62,157 nucleotides of DNA from Promethearchaeia archaeon (GCA_029856125.1 JAHQWJ010000012.1:1-62157); one strand, 5' to 3'; positions 39,751 to 49,878 are shown, numbered from the stretch's first letter. Notes: generated from the letters alone by a model not told the origin. Program-made: numbers and translations.

Positions 39751-40914
39751 TTAGTACGAATGAAATAGTCCACCAAATCCTCGTAGTTTTGGTTTAATTG
39801 CTTCTTGAGGACACATTTCCATACAACAAAGACAAGAGATGCATTCTCTTCTCAAAAATTCAGGATACTCTCCACTTATAAAATTAATAGCGTTTACTGG
39901 ACAGACTTTTGAGCATTGTCCACATTGTATACATAATTTTTTGTTTAGAATTGGAATTTTTTTTGTTACTTTATAAACTATGCTCCTTGTGATGAAACTT
40001 GCAAAGTTAGTCATGAATTTTCCTGGGACTTTAAATTTTGGAGTAGAGTTTCTCGCTTCTTCTAAAGATAGTCCTAAAATTTCTATATTATGCAGATCTC
40101 CTATACCTAAACCTCTCTCGTAAGCATTTTTTAAATGAGGAACATATTTGAGGCCTTTAAATTTACCTATCTCTAACGCTACAACATCCAACGCTAGTTC
40201 ATCTATCCCAACTAAAATTAAATCCCATTGCTTCATAGTTCCAGAAACAGGTCCCATTGGCCCCTGCATTACTTTAACACAATCGTAGATGATTAAGCGG
40301 TTGGGTTTATTTTTTACAATCCAAGAAAAATTATCAGCAAGAGCTTCACCAAATTTATCAGGTGTTCTTCCTACTAAATGATACTTTGCTTTAAGACCAC
40401 CGGGAATAATTCCCCAATAATTTTTAACCGCCCCCGTTATTGTCGCTTCTCCATGAGTTTTTAATTTTGGTAAATTTATCAATAAATCGCAATCTTTTAC
40501 AGGTTTTGATACATAATAATCTTTAAGCCTTATTGCACCATCAATAACTTCTTGAACAGGAGTATCTTGCTCAAAATTAATAAATTTGACGCCCGCTTCT
40601 TCGCAAACTTCATAAATACCGATTTCTTGAGCGATTTTTTTAGCTGATACCTTTATTTGACCTGGAGAATCCCCAATACGTATGTTATCTTTTTCAACTC
40701 CGATATCTTTTAAATATTTTAAAACGGTTTCAACGAATATTGGTTGAGTGCACGCATCTTTTGTAGCTCTGAGTAAGTTAGGCTTTAAAAGAATGCTCTT
40801 ACATTCACGAATGTCAAAGGGAAGAGTATCAACAATCAATGTGATCCCCGCTTTAATAGCATCGAGGATGGAATCGTAATCATTTACATTTACAATACTT
40901 ATTTTCGTAGACAT
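39751..40914 (-). CDS. DUF362 family protein with C-terminal 2x[4Fe-4S] ferredoxin
   Basis: LLKPNLL, INLPKLKTH, TGAVKN; CIQCGQCSKVCP and CISCLCCMEMCP. Confidence 0.88.
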   Translation of the reverse strand: MSTKISIVNVNDYDSILDAIKAGITLIVDTLPFDIRECKSILLKPNLLRATKDACTQPIFVETVLKYLKDIGVEKDNIRIGDSPGQIKVSAKKIAQEIGIYEVCEEAGVKFINFEQDTPVQEVIDGAIRLKDYYVSKPVKDCDLLINLPKLKTHGEATITGAVKNYWGIIPGGLKAKYHLVGRTPDKFGEALADNFSWIVKNKPNRLIIYDCVKVMQGPMGPVSGTMKQWDLILVGIDELALDVVALEIGKFKGLKYVPHLKNAYERGLGIGDLHNIEILGLSLEEARNSTPKFKVPGKFMTNFASFITRSIVYKVTKKIPILNKKLCIQCGQCSKVCPVNAINFISGEYPEFLRRECISCLCCMEMCPQEAIKPKLRGFGGLFHSY

Positions 40915-41132
40915 AATATCCCCTATATTAAAAAATAATATACTAAATTAAAATATAACTTTAACGACGAAAACGGACCTAATTATGACTTTCCAATGTA
41001 TTAAAGAATTTGGCAAAATTTGTCTCGGAAACAATTAATATTTTAATAATTAACTTTTATTATTATTATAATTATACTTCAAAATACAATTCTAACAAAA
41101 TTGTATGGAAAATCGATCACTGAAATAAATCA

Positions 41133-41714
41133 ATGACGCTCGAGGAAGACCAAAACTTGGACGATGAAAAAGACGATAGAGAACCCGATGTAATGTTTAA
41201 AATTTGCTTATTCGGAGATGGTGGAGTTGGTAAGACCACATTACTCGGTAGATATCTTACCGGCCTTTTTAAGAGCAATCAAACAATTACTATTGGTGTC
41301 GATTTCCATGTCAAAAAAATAGAAGTTGATGGCAAAATCGTTCTACTTCAAATTTGGGATTTCGCGGGCGAGGCTCGCTTTAGGTTCCTATTACCGAGCT
41401 ATGTTTTAGGTGCGTCAGGAGGAATTTTTATGTACGACATAACACGGTATTCTAGTTTGAAAAATTTTCCTGAATGGATTAAGATTTTTAAAAACGGCTT
41501 TGCTGGAGCCAAAGATAAACCCTTACCGATAATTATGGTCGGAGGGAAATTAGATTTAAGCTTTAAACGAGCTGTTCCAAGCAAAGAAGCGTTTGATTTG
41601 GCAAAATCTAATAAGTTATTTGGATATATTGAATGTTCAGCAAAAGATGGGAGAAATATCGAAGATATTTTCACAGAAATTGCTAAGTTGATTCTTCGTA
41701 GAGCCGGACTATAA
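41133..41714 (+). CDS. Rab-like small GTPase
   Basis: GDGGVGKT, TIGVDF, WDFAGE, GKLD, CSAK. Confidence 0.93.
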   Translation: MTLEEDQNLDDEKDDREPDVMFKICLFGDGGVGKTTLLGRYLTGLFKSNQTITIGVDFHVKKIEVDGKIVLLQIWDFAGEARFRFLLPSYVLGASGGIFMYDITRYSSLKNFPEWIKIFKNGFAGAKDKPLPIIMVGGKLDLSFKRAVPSKEAFDLAKSNKLFGYIECSAKDGRNIEDIFTEIAKLILRRAGL

Positions 41715-41717
41715 CAC

Positions 41718-42563
41718 TCAAGGCAAAAATATATCTTTCAGCGAATTTATTACAATATTAGGAATCATTCCTGTTTCTACTTCCGGAGAACGATCCTTAT
41801 CTCCCTGCAATTTTTCAACATCAGATGCTTTTGTCACACCCGTCAATACGAGAGCCGTATTAATACCTGCGCGATTGCCCGCTAAGATATCTGTGTTTAA
41901 ACGATCTCCAAAGATGACAGAGTGGCTAGGATTCATATTTGTATCATCTATTATCAATTGAATCCCTTCTGGGTTTGGTTTCCCAAAAATTTTAACAGGT
42001 TTTTGGTTAGTACAGGTTTCAACAGCGTTCACCATTACACCTGCCCCTGGTAGTAAACCTGCCGCCACAGGAAAGGTAGTATCTGCATTAGTAGCGTAAA
42101 ACTTAGCGGTTCCTTCTAAAATACACCTCTGAGCGAAAGCTATTTTTGTATAAGTAAGGGCTCTATCCATACCAACTATCACGAAGTCAACTTCTTTATG
42201 ATTCGATTCAGCGTTAACGACCTCGTGGCCACATCTTTTTAATTCTTCTTTTAATCCCATTTCTCCTATAATAAAAATCGTAGCGTTCTGTCTTAATTTA
42301 GTTATTTCACTTGCTGTTATCGAAGCACTCGTATAAAAATCTAAAATGTTGCTTTCAATGTTAAATGCTTTAAGGCGTTGGACGTACATCTGTCTCGTAA
42401 TTGTGGAATTATTGGAATTATAGACAACTTTAATTTCAAGTTCTTTTAATGCCGCTATCACTTTATCGCTGTCAGATATTAGTTTATCTCCGCGATATAT
42501 AACTCCATCCAAGTCAAAAATCGCTAACTCGGTATCTCTAAGCTGTTCAATTAATTTTCTCAT
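41718..42563 (-). CDS. HAD-IIA hydrolase (NagD-like)
   Basis: FDLDGVIY, SNNS, GKPN, GDRLNTDI, LVLTG. Confidence 0.92.
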   Translation of the reverse strand: MRKLIEQLRDTELAIFDLDGVIYRGDKLISDSDKVIAALKELEIKVVYNSNNSTITRQMYVQRLKAFNIESNILDFYTSASITASEITKLRQNATIFIIGEMGLKEELKRCGHEVVNAESNHKEVDFVIVGMDRALTYTKIAFAQRCILEGTAKFYATNADTTFPVAAGLLPGAGVMVNAVETCTNQKPVKIFGKPNPEGIQLIIDDTNMNPSHSVIFGDRLNTDILAGNRAGINTALVLTGVTKASDVEKLQGDKDRSPEVETGMIPNIVINSLKDIFLP

Positions 42564-42606
42564 TGTAAATTAATAAAGTATTCTCTTCTGATAATATATA
42601 ATTTGT

Positions 42607-43749
42607 TTAAAACCATCCGATTGGTAATCCTAATAGAAAAACGAGGAATTGTATGCCTATCGGTATAAATATAGGATTTAATATATTATCTGCGGTAACG
42701 GCTGGTAAATAGTCAGTTAAAAAGAAAATAAGGGCGCCCATTATAGCATATATCGGCCCTACAAATATAAAACCAATAACATAAGCGACTAAAACGCCCG
42801 CAATAAATCCTTCGACAGATTTTATTTCTTCATTCCTAAGTATAATTTTGTGCTTGCCATATCTTTTTCCGATTATTGCCGCAGAAGCGTCAGATAAACA
42901 CGCTATAAGGATTCCAGCAAAAAAAACGAAAATGTTTATGATACCCGCCATATATAACATATAGGAAAAGATAAAACCCGTAATGATGTAAATTTGTGGT
43001 CCCGCTGCGTTTTTTTCTTTGTTTCTCAACATAGATTTAGTTAAAAAATTAAAAATTGAATATTCGGGCCCCCAAACGATTCGAATTATGTCCGATACAA
43101 TAACAAACGCTAAAGCGCCAATTAGAGCAAACATAGTAATCTCAACTACTGCTTGAAATTTATCAAACAGGAATGGATAATTAGATAAATCGCCCCATAT
43201 AAAATTATATGACGGTTCAAACTGTTGAATCATAGTAATGATACCGTCATTTACTAAGGATGTCAGCGGCGGTAAAGCTAAAAATCCAAAGAATGCAATA
43301 AGTAATAAAAAACCTGAAAGATGGAAACTTTTTCGAATTAACTCCATCTTAAAAGGGATATCATCTTTATAGGGGTTTTCTTGAGTCATCTTTTTGATAT
43401 ATCTTCTTAGGATCGATTCTTTTTTTAACTCCGCCTCACTATTATCTGTTTCGACTCTCATCCTCTTGATTGATCTCCTAATAATAGTTGTAAAGATAAG
43501 GTTCGCTACAAGAATCATAGTTATCCACCAAATCATAAACCCGTTAAAAGGATAGGTAAAAAATCCAACTACCGAATTATAATATCCAAAAATTAAATAA
43601 CAAACACCACATAGAATTGAGGAAATTCCTCCATAAGAGTTTTTGGCCCTATAACCTTTTACTCCAATATAATACATCAAGCTCATTAGAGTGAAGAAAA
43701 ACAGCGTAAAAGTTGTGTTATAAAGATTTGCAATGAGAGTCCAATCCAT
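42607..43749 (-). CDS. CTP-dependent dolichol/diacylglycerol/polyprenol kinase-like membrane protein
   Basis: RKSFH, DASAAIIGKRYG, KSVEG, DNILNP; multiple TMs. Confidence 0.8.
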   Translation of the reverse strand: MDWTLIANLYNTTFTLFFFTLMSLMYYIGVKGYRAKNSYGGISSILCGVCYLIFGYYNSVVGFFTYPFNGFMIWWITMILVANLIFTTIIRRSIKRMRVETDNSEAELKKESILRRYIKKMTQENPYKDDIPFKMELIRKSFHLSGFLLLIAFFGFLALPPLTSLVNDGIITMIQQFEPSYNFIWGDLSNYPFLFDKFQAVVEITMFALIGALAFVIVSDIIRIVWGPEYSIFNFLTKSMLRNKEKNAAGPQIYIITGFIFSYMLYMAGIINIFVFFAGILIACLSDASAAIIGKRYGKHKIILRNEEIKSVEGFIAGVLVAYVIGFIFVGPIYAIMGALIFFLTDYLPAVTADNILNPIFIPIGIQFLVFLLGLPIGWF

Positions 43750-44142
43750 GATAGCAACACAATTGGTTAGTTTAATTATTTTTATAATTAATCATCAATT
43801 AATTATTCTTTTATTTATACATATAGCATTAAAATTGAGTTAAACCTAAGAAATACTACTATGTAATTATTTTTTTTTGCGAAAAATAAGAAAGCTAATA
43901 TCTTTTTCACTGAATGGTGTAGATTTTGTGCGCTCCATATCTTATCTTTATCCACATATTATAAACTTTAATAAACCAATAATATACAAGATTTTTATAT
44001 AGATAACGAATAATAATGAATAATAATAAAAAATAAATAAATACTATTAATCTATTTAAATTATAAGCTAAAAATAATCTCAATAGTATTCTATTAGTTT
44101 ATCTTTATCTAATAAAAATCATTATATATAGAGAAGGAGAAA

Positions 44143-44517
44143 TTGTCAGTAATGGAGTCTGTCGATACCTTAGATGATCTTTTAAAAAAATTACTTGGAG
44201 CAATTCCAGAAGTAAAATCTGCCGCTATTGTGTCTGCTGAAGGGCTTCCTATTGCCTCGGCACTCCCACAAGGGGTCGATGAAACAAGAATCGCAGCGAT
44301 GACTGCAGCTTTACTCTCCTTATCCGAAAGAGCAATAATCGAAATGGGAAAAGGGGATTTTGATCAGTTATACATTAAAGGCTCTGAAGGGTACCTTTTG
44401 GTCATGCAAGCAGGTCCAAACGCGGTTCTGACCGTTTCTACAACTAAAGATGTTAGGCTTGGGTTAATCCTGTTAGATTGTAGGAGGACGTGCGAAAAAA
44501 TAGCTCAATTGATTTAA
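44143..44517 (+). CDS. Roadblock/LC7 (MglB-like) protein
   Basis: SAAIVSAEGLPIAS, RIAAMTAALLSL, QLYIKGSEGY, LGLILLD. Confidence 0.92.
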   Translation: MSVMESVDTLDDLLKKLLGAIPEVKSAAIVSAEGLPIASALPQGVDETRIAAMTAALLSLSERAIIEMGKGDFDQLYIKGSEGYLLVMQAGPNAVLTVSTTKDVRLGLILLDCRRTCEKIAQLI

Positions 44518-44684
44518 ATTTTCTTTTATCTCTGCGCAAGCCTAATACATTTAATATTTTATTTATTTAAAACCACAAATTTTTAATTTTATGCTTAATT
44601 TGTTTTAGTAATATTAGCAATATTTTTTACTTTAAATTAAGGAAAATAACGGGCAAATTGAAATGTTTAAGGTGTTCTGCATAA

Positions 44685-45293
44685 ATGTTTAAAGTGTTTT
44701 CCATCAGTACTAAGGTCGAGATCCCGCCATTTTTATTCGATCAACCTAAGGGAACCAGCGCAAGAATTATTCTTAGCGAGGAATACGAGGGTATAATTAC
44801 AAGAGATTATGGATTTATTATTGCGATCGTTGATGTACTTGAAGTAGGACCTGGAATTATCATTCCTGGAAATCCTAACACTTTTCACCAAGTAGAATTT
44901 TCCATCCTCGCATTTAAACCAAAGCTTGGTGAGGTGGTGGAGGGAGAAGTCGTAGAATTAGTTGATTTCGGAGCTTTTTGTCGACTTGGACCATTAGATG
45001 GATTAGTTCATGTTTCACAAATTTGCGACGATTATATATCATATGAACAAGTAGGAAATCGATTTATAGGTAAAGAGACTGGAAAAATACTTGAAGTCAA
45101 TAATGAAGTGAGAACTAAAGTGATCGCAGTTTCCTTAGGCACTGGGCGTAGTGGTAAGCTTGGCTTAACGATGAGGCAGAAATTCTTAGGAAAACTCGAC
45201 TGGGTTGAAGCTGATGTTGAAGAAGAATATGCAACTATCGAGGCTAAAAAGTCAAAAGCTTCAGAGGAAGAAGAAGAAGTCAGCGAGGAATAA
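44685..45293 (+). CDS. rpoE1: DNA-directed RNA polymerase subunit Rpo7 (E')
   Basis: EVVEGEVVELVDFGAF, GPLDGLVHVSQI, GLTMRQ. Confidence 0.95.
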   Translation: MFKVFSISTKVEIPPFLFDQPKGTSARIILSEEYEGIITRDYGFIIAIVDVLEVGPGIIIPGNPNTFHQVEFSILAFKPKLGEVVEGEVVELVDFGAFCRLGPLDGLVHVSQICDDYISYEQVGNRFIGKETGKILEVNNEVRTKVIAVSLGTGRSGKLGLTMRQKFLGKLDWVEADVEEEYATIEAKKSKASEEEEEVSEE

Positions 45294-45296
45294 ATA

Positions 45297-45491
45297 ATGA
45301 AAAAGCTCGAAAAAGCTTGTAAGAATTGCCACCTGATAACCAAAAATCAAACTGTTTGTCCAAAATGTAAAACACATAGTCTTAGTGAAGATTATACAGG
45401 TGAAGTAATAATAATTGACCCAACTAACTCGGAAATGGCGAGTTATCTTAAAATCCATTTTCCGGGAAAGTATGCTTTAAGAGTTCGCTAA
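45297..45491 (+). CDS. spt4: Transcription elongation factor Spt4 (RpoE'')
   Basis: KACKNC...CPKC, IIIDP, PGKYALRVR; follows rpoE1. Confidence 0.95.
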   Translation: MKKLEKACKNCHLITKNQTVCPKCKTHSLSEDYTGEVIIIDPTNSEMASYLKIHFPGKYALRVR

Positions 45492-45529
45492 GTTAGGTTT
45501 TTATGTAAATAAGTTTTGCCTATTAAATA

Positions 45530-46123
45530 TCACATCATCATTCCTACGAATTTATCTACTACTTTTTGAATTCTCTTCTCAACATCAACCATAACGATTC
45601 CTTCTGGGATTGATTTCCTTGAATCCGTGACAGGTGGTTGACCGTAAAAGACTAAATTCTTTACCTTATCGTTGAGAGTGATGCTTAAAACCAGCGGTAA
45701 GACGAGTAGATCCTCTTCTCCTACGATAACCTTCAGTAAAGTTCTCTTTTTGGATTTAACTATGTTATCTAAAAGCGTAAAGCTTTCTTTTTTTATCCCT
45801 CCCTCAGGGTTTTCAAATTCAATAATTTCTTCAAAAAAATCATCAATCTCTATTTTAATATGATTTCTTTGGGTTTTTTCGTCTACAATGCAGAGCGATA
45901 TTAAGGGTTTTAAAAATTTACTTGCGAGGAAATCTTTTGTTACTATATCACCTACTAAATAAACTGATACTTCAAAACCTTTCTTTAGATATTCTTGTAT
46001 GACCCTTTCTACTTCATTAATCGTTTCTTCTCGGGTTCCTGAGTATAATTTGCCTAACGGTTGAGAGAACTTGTGTCTTTCATTCGGTGGAATCTTTAAA
46101 TTGTCATTCAATTTTTTATTCAC
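45530..46123 (-). CDS. GTP-dependent dephospho-CoA kinase (DUF359)
   Basis: PLG, VGDIVT, VDEKTQR, GEEDLLVLP, YGQP. Confidence 0.88.
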   Translation of the reverse strand: MNKKLNDNLKIPPNERHKFSQPLGKLYSGTREETINEVERVIQEYLKKGFEVSVYLVGDIVTKDFLASKFLKPLISLCIVDEKTQRNHIKIEIDDFFEEIIEFENPEGGIKKESFTLLDNIVKSKKRTLLKVIVGEEDLLVLPLVLSITLNDKVKNLVFYGQPPVTDSRKSIPEGIVMVDVEKRIQKVVDKFVGMMM

Positions 46124-46148
46124 TTTGTTTTTACATAGAGTTTTATTG

Positions 46149-46235
46149 TTATATAATAAATAACAAAATTATTAAAATTATTTCGATGAGCATTAAAATT
46201 CTTGCTTTCTTAGCAGACCTTTTAATTTCAGCCAT
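46149..46235 (-). CDS. Putative 28-aa single-TM microprotein MAEIKRSAKKARILMLIEIILIILLFII (not in ORF track)
   Basis: Translated by hand; basic N-terminus plus hydrophobic C-terminus; AGGA upstream; co-oriented with DUF359. Confidence 0.35.
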   Translation of the reverse strand: MAEIKRSAKKARILMLIEIILIILLFII

Positions 46236-46352
46236 TGTTTCCTAATAAAAAAGCAAAATTTTATTTTTCAATATTCTTTTAATCTTTTATAACTCAGAAT
46301 TATCTTTAAATTAACTGATTAACTGAGAATAACTGTTGTTAAAAGACTCAAA

Positions 46353-46709
46353 ATGTCGTTCAATATTGAAATTTTAGAGGAGAAGAAAAACCCGGTAATC
46401 GATCGTACTGAGGTTAAAATTAGAATCGAACACCTAGATGCCAGTACTCCTAATAGGTTAGAAGTGAAAAAGAAAATTGCAGCTATGAAAAACGCTGAAG
46501 AAAAGTACACTATCATTCGAAAAATTCAAACTCAATTTGGCAGCTCGGACGATATTGGTTTAATAAACATTTATCAAGATTCTAAAGAGCTTCAATTCTA
46601 TGAGCCTTTTCATATTCAAGTAAGGAATTTACCAAAAGATACTCGGGAAGAGATTTACAAGTTAAAGAAGAGGAAAGAACCATATAAGCACCTATTTGAA
46701 TACGATTAA
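46353..46709 (+). CDS. rps24e: 30S ribosomal protein S24e
   Basis: KKNPVIDRTE, TPNRLEVKKKIA, TQFG; conserved context before S27ae. Confidence 0.92.
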   Translation: MSFNIEILEEKKNPVIDRTEVKIRIEHLDASTPNRLEVKKKIAAMKNAEEKYTIIRKIQTQFGSSDDIGLINIYQDSKELQFYEPFHIQVRNLPKDTREEIYKLKKRKEPYKHLFEYD

Positions 46710-46734
46710 AATTATAAAAAAAAAATGAATTACT

Positions 46735-46956
46735 ATGACAAACGCATCAAAATATTATAAAATTGAGGATGGTAAAATCGTAAGAACTCATCGTGTGTGC
46801 CCAAAGTGTGGCCCATCGTATTTTCTCGCTGATCATTATGATAGATCTTCATGTGGGAATTGTGGATACACTGTTTTTAAAAGGAAGGGAAAAAAAGGAG
46901 CAGCTACCGTCGCTCGAAGTGGAAGATCGCCCCGAAAGCGTACTAAGTCAACCTGA
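46735..46956 (+). CDS. rps27ae: 30S ribosomal protein S27ae (no ubiquitin fusion)
   Basis: [29 protein letters not shown]. Confidence 0.95.
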   Translation: MTNASKYYKIEDGKIVRTHRVCPKCGPSYFLADHYDRSSCGNCGYTVFKRKGKKGAATVARSGRSPRKRTKST

Positions 46957-47043
46957 ATATAAGCAGCAACAAATTTTCTTTCTCTTTCATCGTTTCTTTT
47001 ATTGTACTTACTAACATAACTATATGCATTTTAGGCGAAATTT

Positions 47044-48057
47044 ATGAATTTGAAGAACAATCTAACGCTTGGAATCGAATCCACGGCACACACCTGGAGT
47101 GTTGGAATAGTAGATTTCAGTGGAAAGGTTCTCAGTTTAGTGAACGACATGTTTATTCCTGAAAAGGGGGGAATTCACCCTATCTTGGTAAAGGAGCAAC
47201 ATTTAAACAATTTTATGGGAATAATTAACAAAGCTTTAGACAACGCTTCAGTTTCAATTAAAGATATTGATCTTATAGCATTCAGTAAAAGTCCTGGTTT
47301 AGGACCAATCCTAAAAATAGGCGCTCATGTTGCGAGAATGCTTAGTCAACTTTTAGGAATACCGATAGTTGGTGTAAATCATTGTATCGCTCACATTGAA
47401 ATCGGACGATTTTTGTGCAAAATAGATGACCCCCTCACTTTATATGTTTCTGGAGGAAATACAATAGTTAGCGCTTATGAGTCTGATCGTTATCAAATAT
47501 TTGGAGAAACGTTAGATATCCCAATCGGTAATTTAATAGATTCGTTTGCTCGTGATGTTGGGATTCCCCATCCTGGGGGTCCAAAAGTTGAAATATTAGC
47601 TCGAGAGTCTAATAAATACTTACACTTGCCGTACGTTGTAAAAGGTATGGACCTATCCTTTTCTGGGCTCTATTCTGCGGCCAAAAGATTAATTGAATCT
47701 AAGAACTATGAAAATAAATATACCCTAAATGATCTCGCAAATTCGCTTCAAGAAACAGCGTTTGCCATGCTTACAGAAGTGACCGAAAGAGCCTTAGCTC
47801 ACACGGGAAAAAATGAAGTCTTGTTAACAGGCGGAGTGGCTGCTAATAAACGATTACAAGAAATGGTTAGATTCATTAGTAGAGAGCATGATGCAAGATT
47901 TGAGGTTGTTCCTCTAAAATACGCAGGAGATAATGGGGCCATGATTGCGTGGACGGGAATTTTGAGGTATAAGTCTATTGGAGGTAATAACATCTCAGAA
48001 ACCCAGATAAATCCGAAAGAACGAATGGATCAAATAACAATCCCATGGAGATCATAG
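47044..48057 (+). CDS. kae1: KEOPS t6A synthase Kae1
   Basis: LGIESTAHT, VNHCIAHIE, LYVSGGNT, GETLD, GGVAAN, DNGAMIA. Confidence 0.97.
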   Translation: MNLKNNLTLGIESTAHTWSVGIVDFSGKVLSLVNDMFIPEKGGIHPILVKEQHLNNFMGIINKALDNASVSIKDIDLIAFSKSPGLGPILKIGAHVARMLSQLLGIPIVGVNHCIAHIEIGRFLCKIDDPLTLYVSGGNTIVSAYESDRYQIFGETLDIPIGNLIDSFARDVGIPHPGGPKVEILARESNKYLHLPYVVKGMDLSFSGLYSAAKRLIESKNYENKYTLNDLANSLQETAFAMLTEVTERALAHTGKNEVLLTGGVAANKRLQEMVRFISREHDARFEVVPLKYAGDNGAMIAWTGILRYKSIGGNNISETQINPKERMDQITIPWRS

Positions 48058-48070
48058 GTGTTGCACTAAA

Positions 48071-48745
48071 TTGTCGAACGAGATTATTGTTGAAAAACTC
48101 ATTCACAAGGGAGCAGAAGCTAGTCTCTATTATGGTTCTTGGTTTGGAAAGGAAGTTATTTTTAAAAAGCGAATTCCTAAGGGATATCGCATAGAACAAA
48201 TAGACAAGATTATCCGCTATAATCGAACTCTCAACGAAGCTAAATCACTAATTAGAGTTAAAAATTATGGGGTGTTAGTCCCTCCTGTGTACGAAATTGA
48301 TATTGAAAACTCGACTATCGTAATGAAATACATAAAAGGTGAAAAATTAAAGGATATTCTAGATTCCTTAACTACCTTAAAGAAAGTGCAATATTTAAAA
48401 GAAATAGGAAAAACTATAGCGTATTTGCATAAAAATGGTCACATTCATGGTGATATCACTACAAGTAACATAATTCTAACCCCATCTCAAGATTTATTTA
48501 TTGTTGATTTTGGTTTACACAACTATTCTGATTCAATTGAAGATAAAAGCACTGACCTACATTTATTTAAGAGAGTTTTGATATCTTCTCATGGAAGCGA
48601 TTTTTCCATCTGTTTTGACGCTTTTCTTGAAGGTTATCGTGAAGGATATGGGATCGATAAAATAAATGAATGTAAAAGAATTCTAAAGAATATTTCAATA
48701 ATTGAAACGAGAGGCCGGTACGTAAAAAAAGAAGATAGATTATAA
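48071..48745 (+). CDS. bud32: KEOPS kinase/ATPase Bud32
   Basis: KGAEA, KxRIPKGYR, HGDITTSN, DFGL, RGRY. Confidence 0.95.
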   Translation: MSNEIIVEKLIHKGAEASLYYGSWFGKEVIFKKRIPKGYRIEQIDKIIRYNRTLNEAKSLIRVKNYGVLVPPVYEIDIENSTIVMKYIKGEKLKDILDSLTTLKKVQYLKEIGKTIAYLHKNGHIHGDITTSNIILTPSQDLFIVDFGLHNYSDSIEDKSTDLHLFKRVLISSHGSDFSICFDAFLEGYREGYGIDKINECKRILKNISIIETRGRYVKKEDRL

Positions 48746-49000
48746 AAATAAAATTTTTTCAATCGACCTTAAATTGAAAACATTAATTGTTCATTTTAAA
48801 GATAAAGGCATTAAAATTATTTACATCTGATATAGAGCCCTTTAAAAGCCTCTAAATTCAGAGAGATAATTTTATATACAAGTTTAACTTATATTTTATT
48901 ATCAAAAAGTTGGATTTAGTTAAGGGTTAATAATATAAGATAACTTTTTTTACTCGTTATTACGCTTTTCTGAACTTCTTTTTGAAAATTAATAACTTTA

Positions 49001-49213
49001 GTGAATTCAATTTTGCCGAAACCTGAAAAAGAGAAAAAACCTACGATGCAAAATATTACTATCAATATTCCTGACATATATGATACAAATATTCAAAAAT
49101 TAATTAAATTGAAAATCGTTCCCTCAAGATCAGAATGTATTAGAATTGCATTACGTGAATTTTTTCACAACGAATATAAAACTATGCAATTATTAGGATT
49201 TTTTGAAGATTAA
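49001..49213 (+). CDS. Ribbon-helix-helix (CopG-like) regulator
   Basis: MQNITINIP...PSRSECIRIALREF. Confidence 0.8.
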   Translation: MNSILPKPEKEKKPTMQNITINIPDIYDTNIQKLIKLKIVPSRSECIRIALREFFHNEYKTMQLLGFFED

Positions 49214-49235
49214 AAAAGAAATAGTGTTAAAAAAA

Positions 49236-49487
49236 TTATCTTCTTTTACGAATTTTACGCGCTTCTCGTTCTACTTCCCGTAAAATAACGATATCACTAA
49301 CTTGTATTGGACCCTTAACGTTTCTCGTAAGAATTCGATTTCGATCTGGACCTTCAAGAATCCTTACCTTTATTTGGCTGATCTCACCAGTTAATCCGGT
49401 TCTACCAACAATTTGAAGAACTTCAGCAGGAATTGAATAATCTTGTGTTACTCTACCTTTTCCTTTTGATTTATCTATTTTCGCTAA
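49236..49487 (-). CDS. rps28e: 30S ribosomal protein S28e (missed by ORF track; non-canonical start)
   Basis: Translation [58 protein letters not shown]; directly downstream of L7Ae. Confidence 0.93.
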   Translation of the reverse strand, partial: LAKIDKSKGKGRVTQDYSIPAEVLQIVGRTGLTGEISQIKVRILEGPDRNRILTRNVKGPIQVSDIVILREVEREARKIRKRR

Positions 49488-49501
49488 GATGTTTCACCAG
49501 A

Positions 49502-49873
49502 TTATTTTTTTAATGCTTCTAACTTCTTTAAAATATCCTCTAAAGCTTTATCGTTTCCAGTTCCTACATTCTCAATTGCAATGGCAGAAGAAGCAATATT
49601 AATACGGGCTGCATTTCCTAATTCTTTTTTCGTGGATACATAACCGTATGGAATTGACTTTTCTTCGCACAACAATGGAACGTGAAATAAAATTTCTGGT
49701 GGGCTAACATCCTCTGCCATGATAACGAGTTTCGCAAGACTCCTCTCTATTGATTTCGTTACTTCATTCATTCCTTTCCTTATTTTCGCATCTCTCGTTC
49801 CGGAAATCGTGGATAAAGCGTCTTTAATGCCATTTTTTAACGCATCAGGTACTTTATATTTTATATAGCTCAT
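49502..49873 (-). CDS. rpl7ae: 50S ribosomal protein L7Ae
   Basis: KIRKGMNEVTKSIER, AEDVSPPEI, LCEEKSIPY, KKELG. Confidence 0.97.
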   Translation of the reverse strand: MSYIKYKVPDALKNGIKDALSTISGTRDAKIRKGMNEVTKSIERSLAKLVIMAEDVSPPEILFHVPLLCEEKSIPYGYVSTKKELGNAARINIASSAIAIENVGTGNDKALEDILKKLEALKK

Positions 49874-49878
49874 TTTTT

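Noticed and set aside
43867-43938. 23-aa minus-strand ORF MERTKSTPFSEKDISFLIFRKKK
   Set aside because: No clear SD and no similarity to the other micro-ORFs; likely chance
46793-47014. Alternate-frame ORF overlapping rps27ae
   Set aside because: Out-of-frame overlap with a conserved ribosomal gene; no evidence for frameshifting
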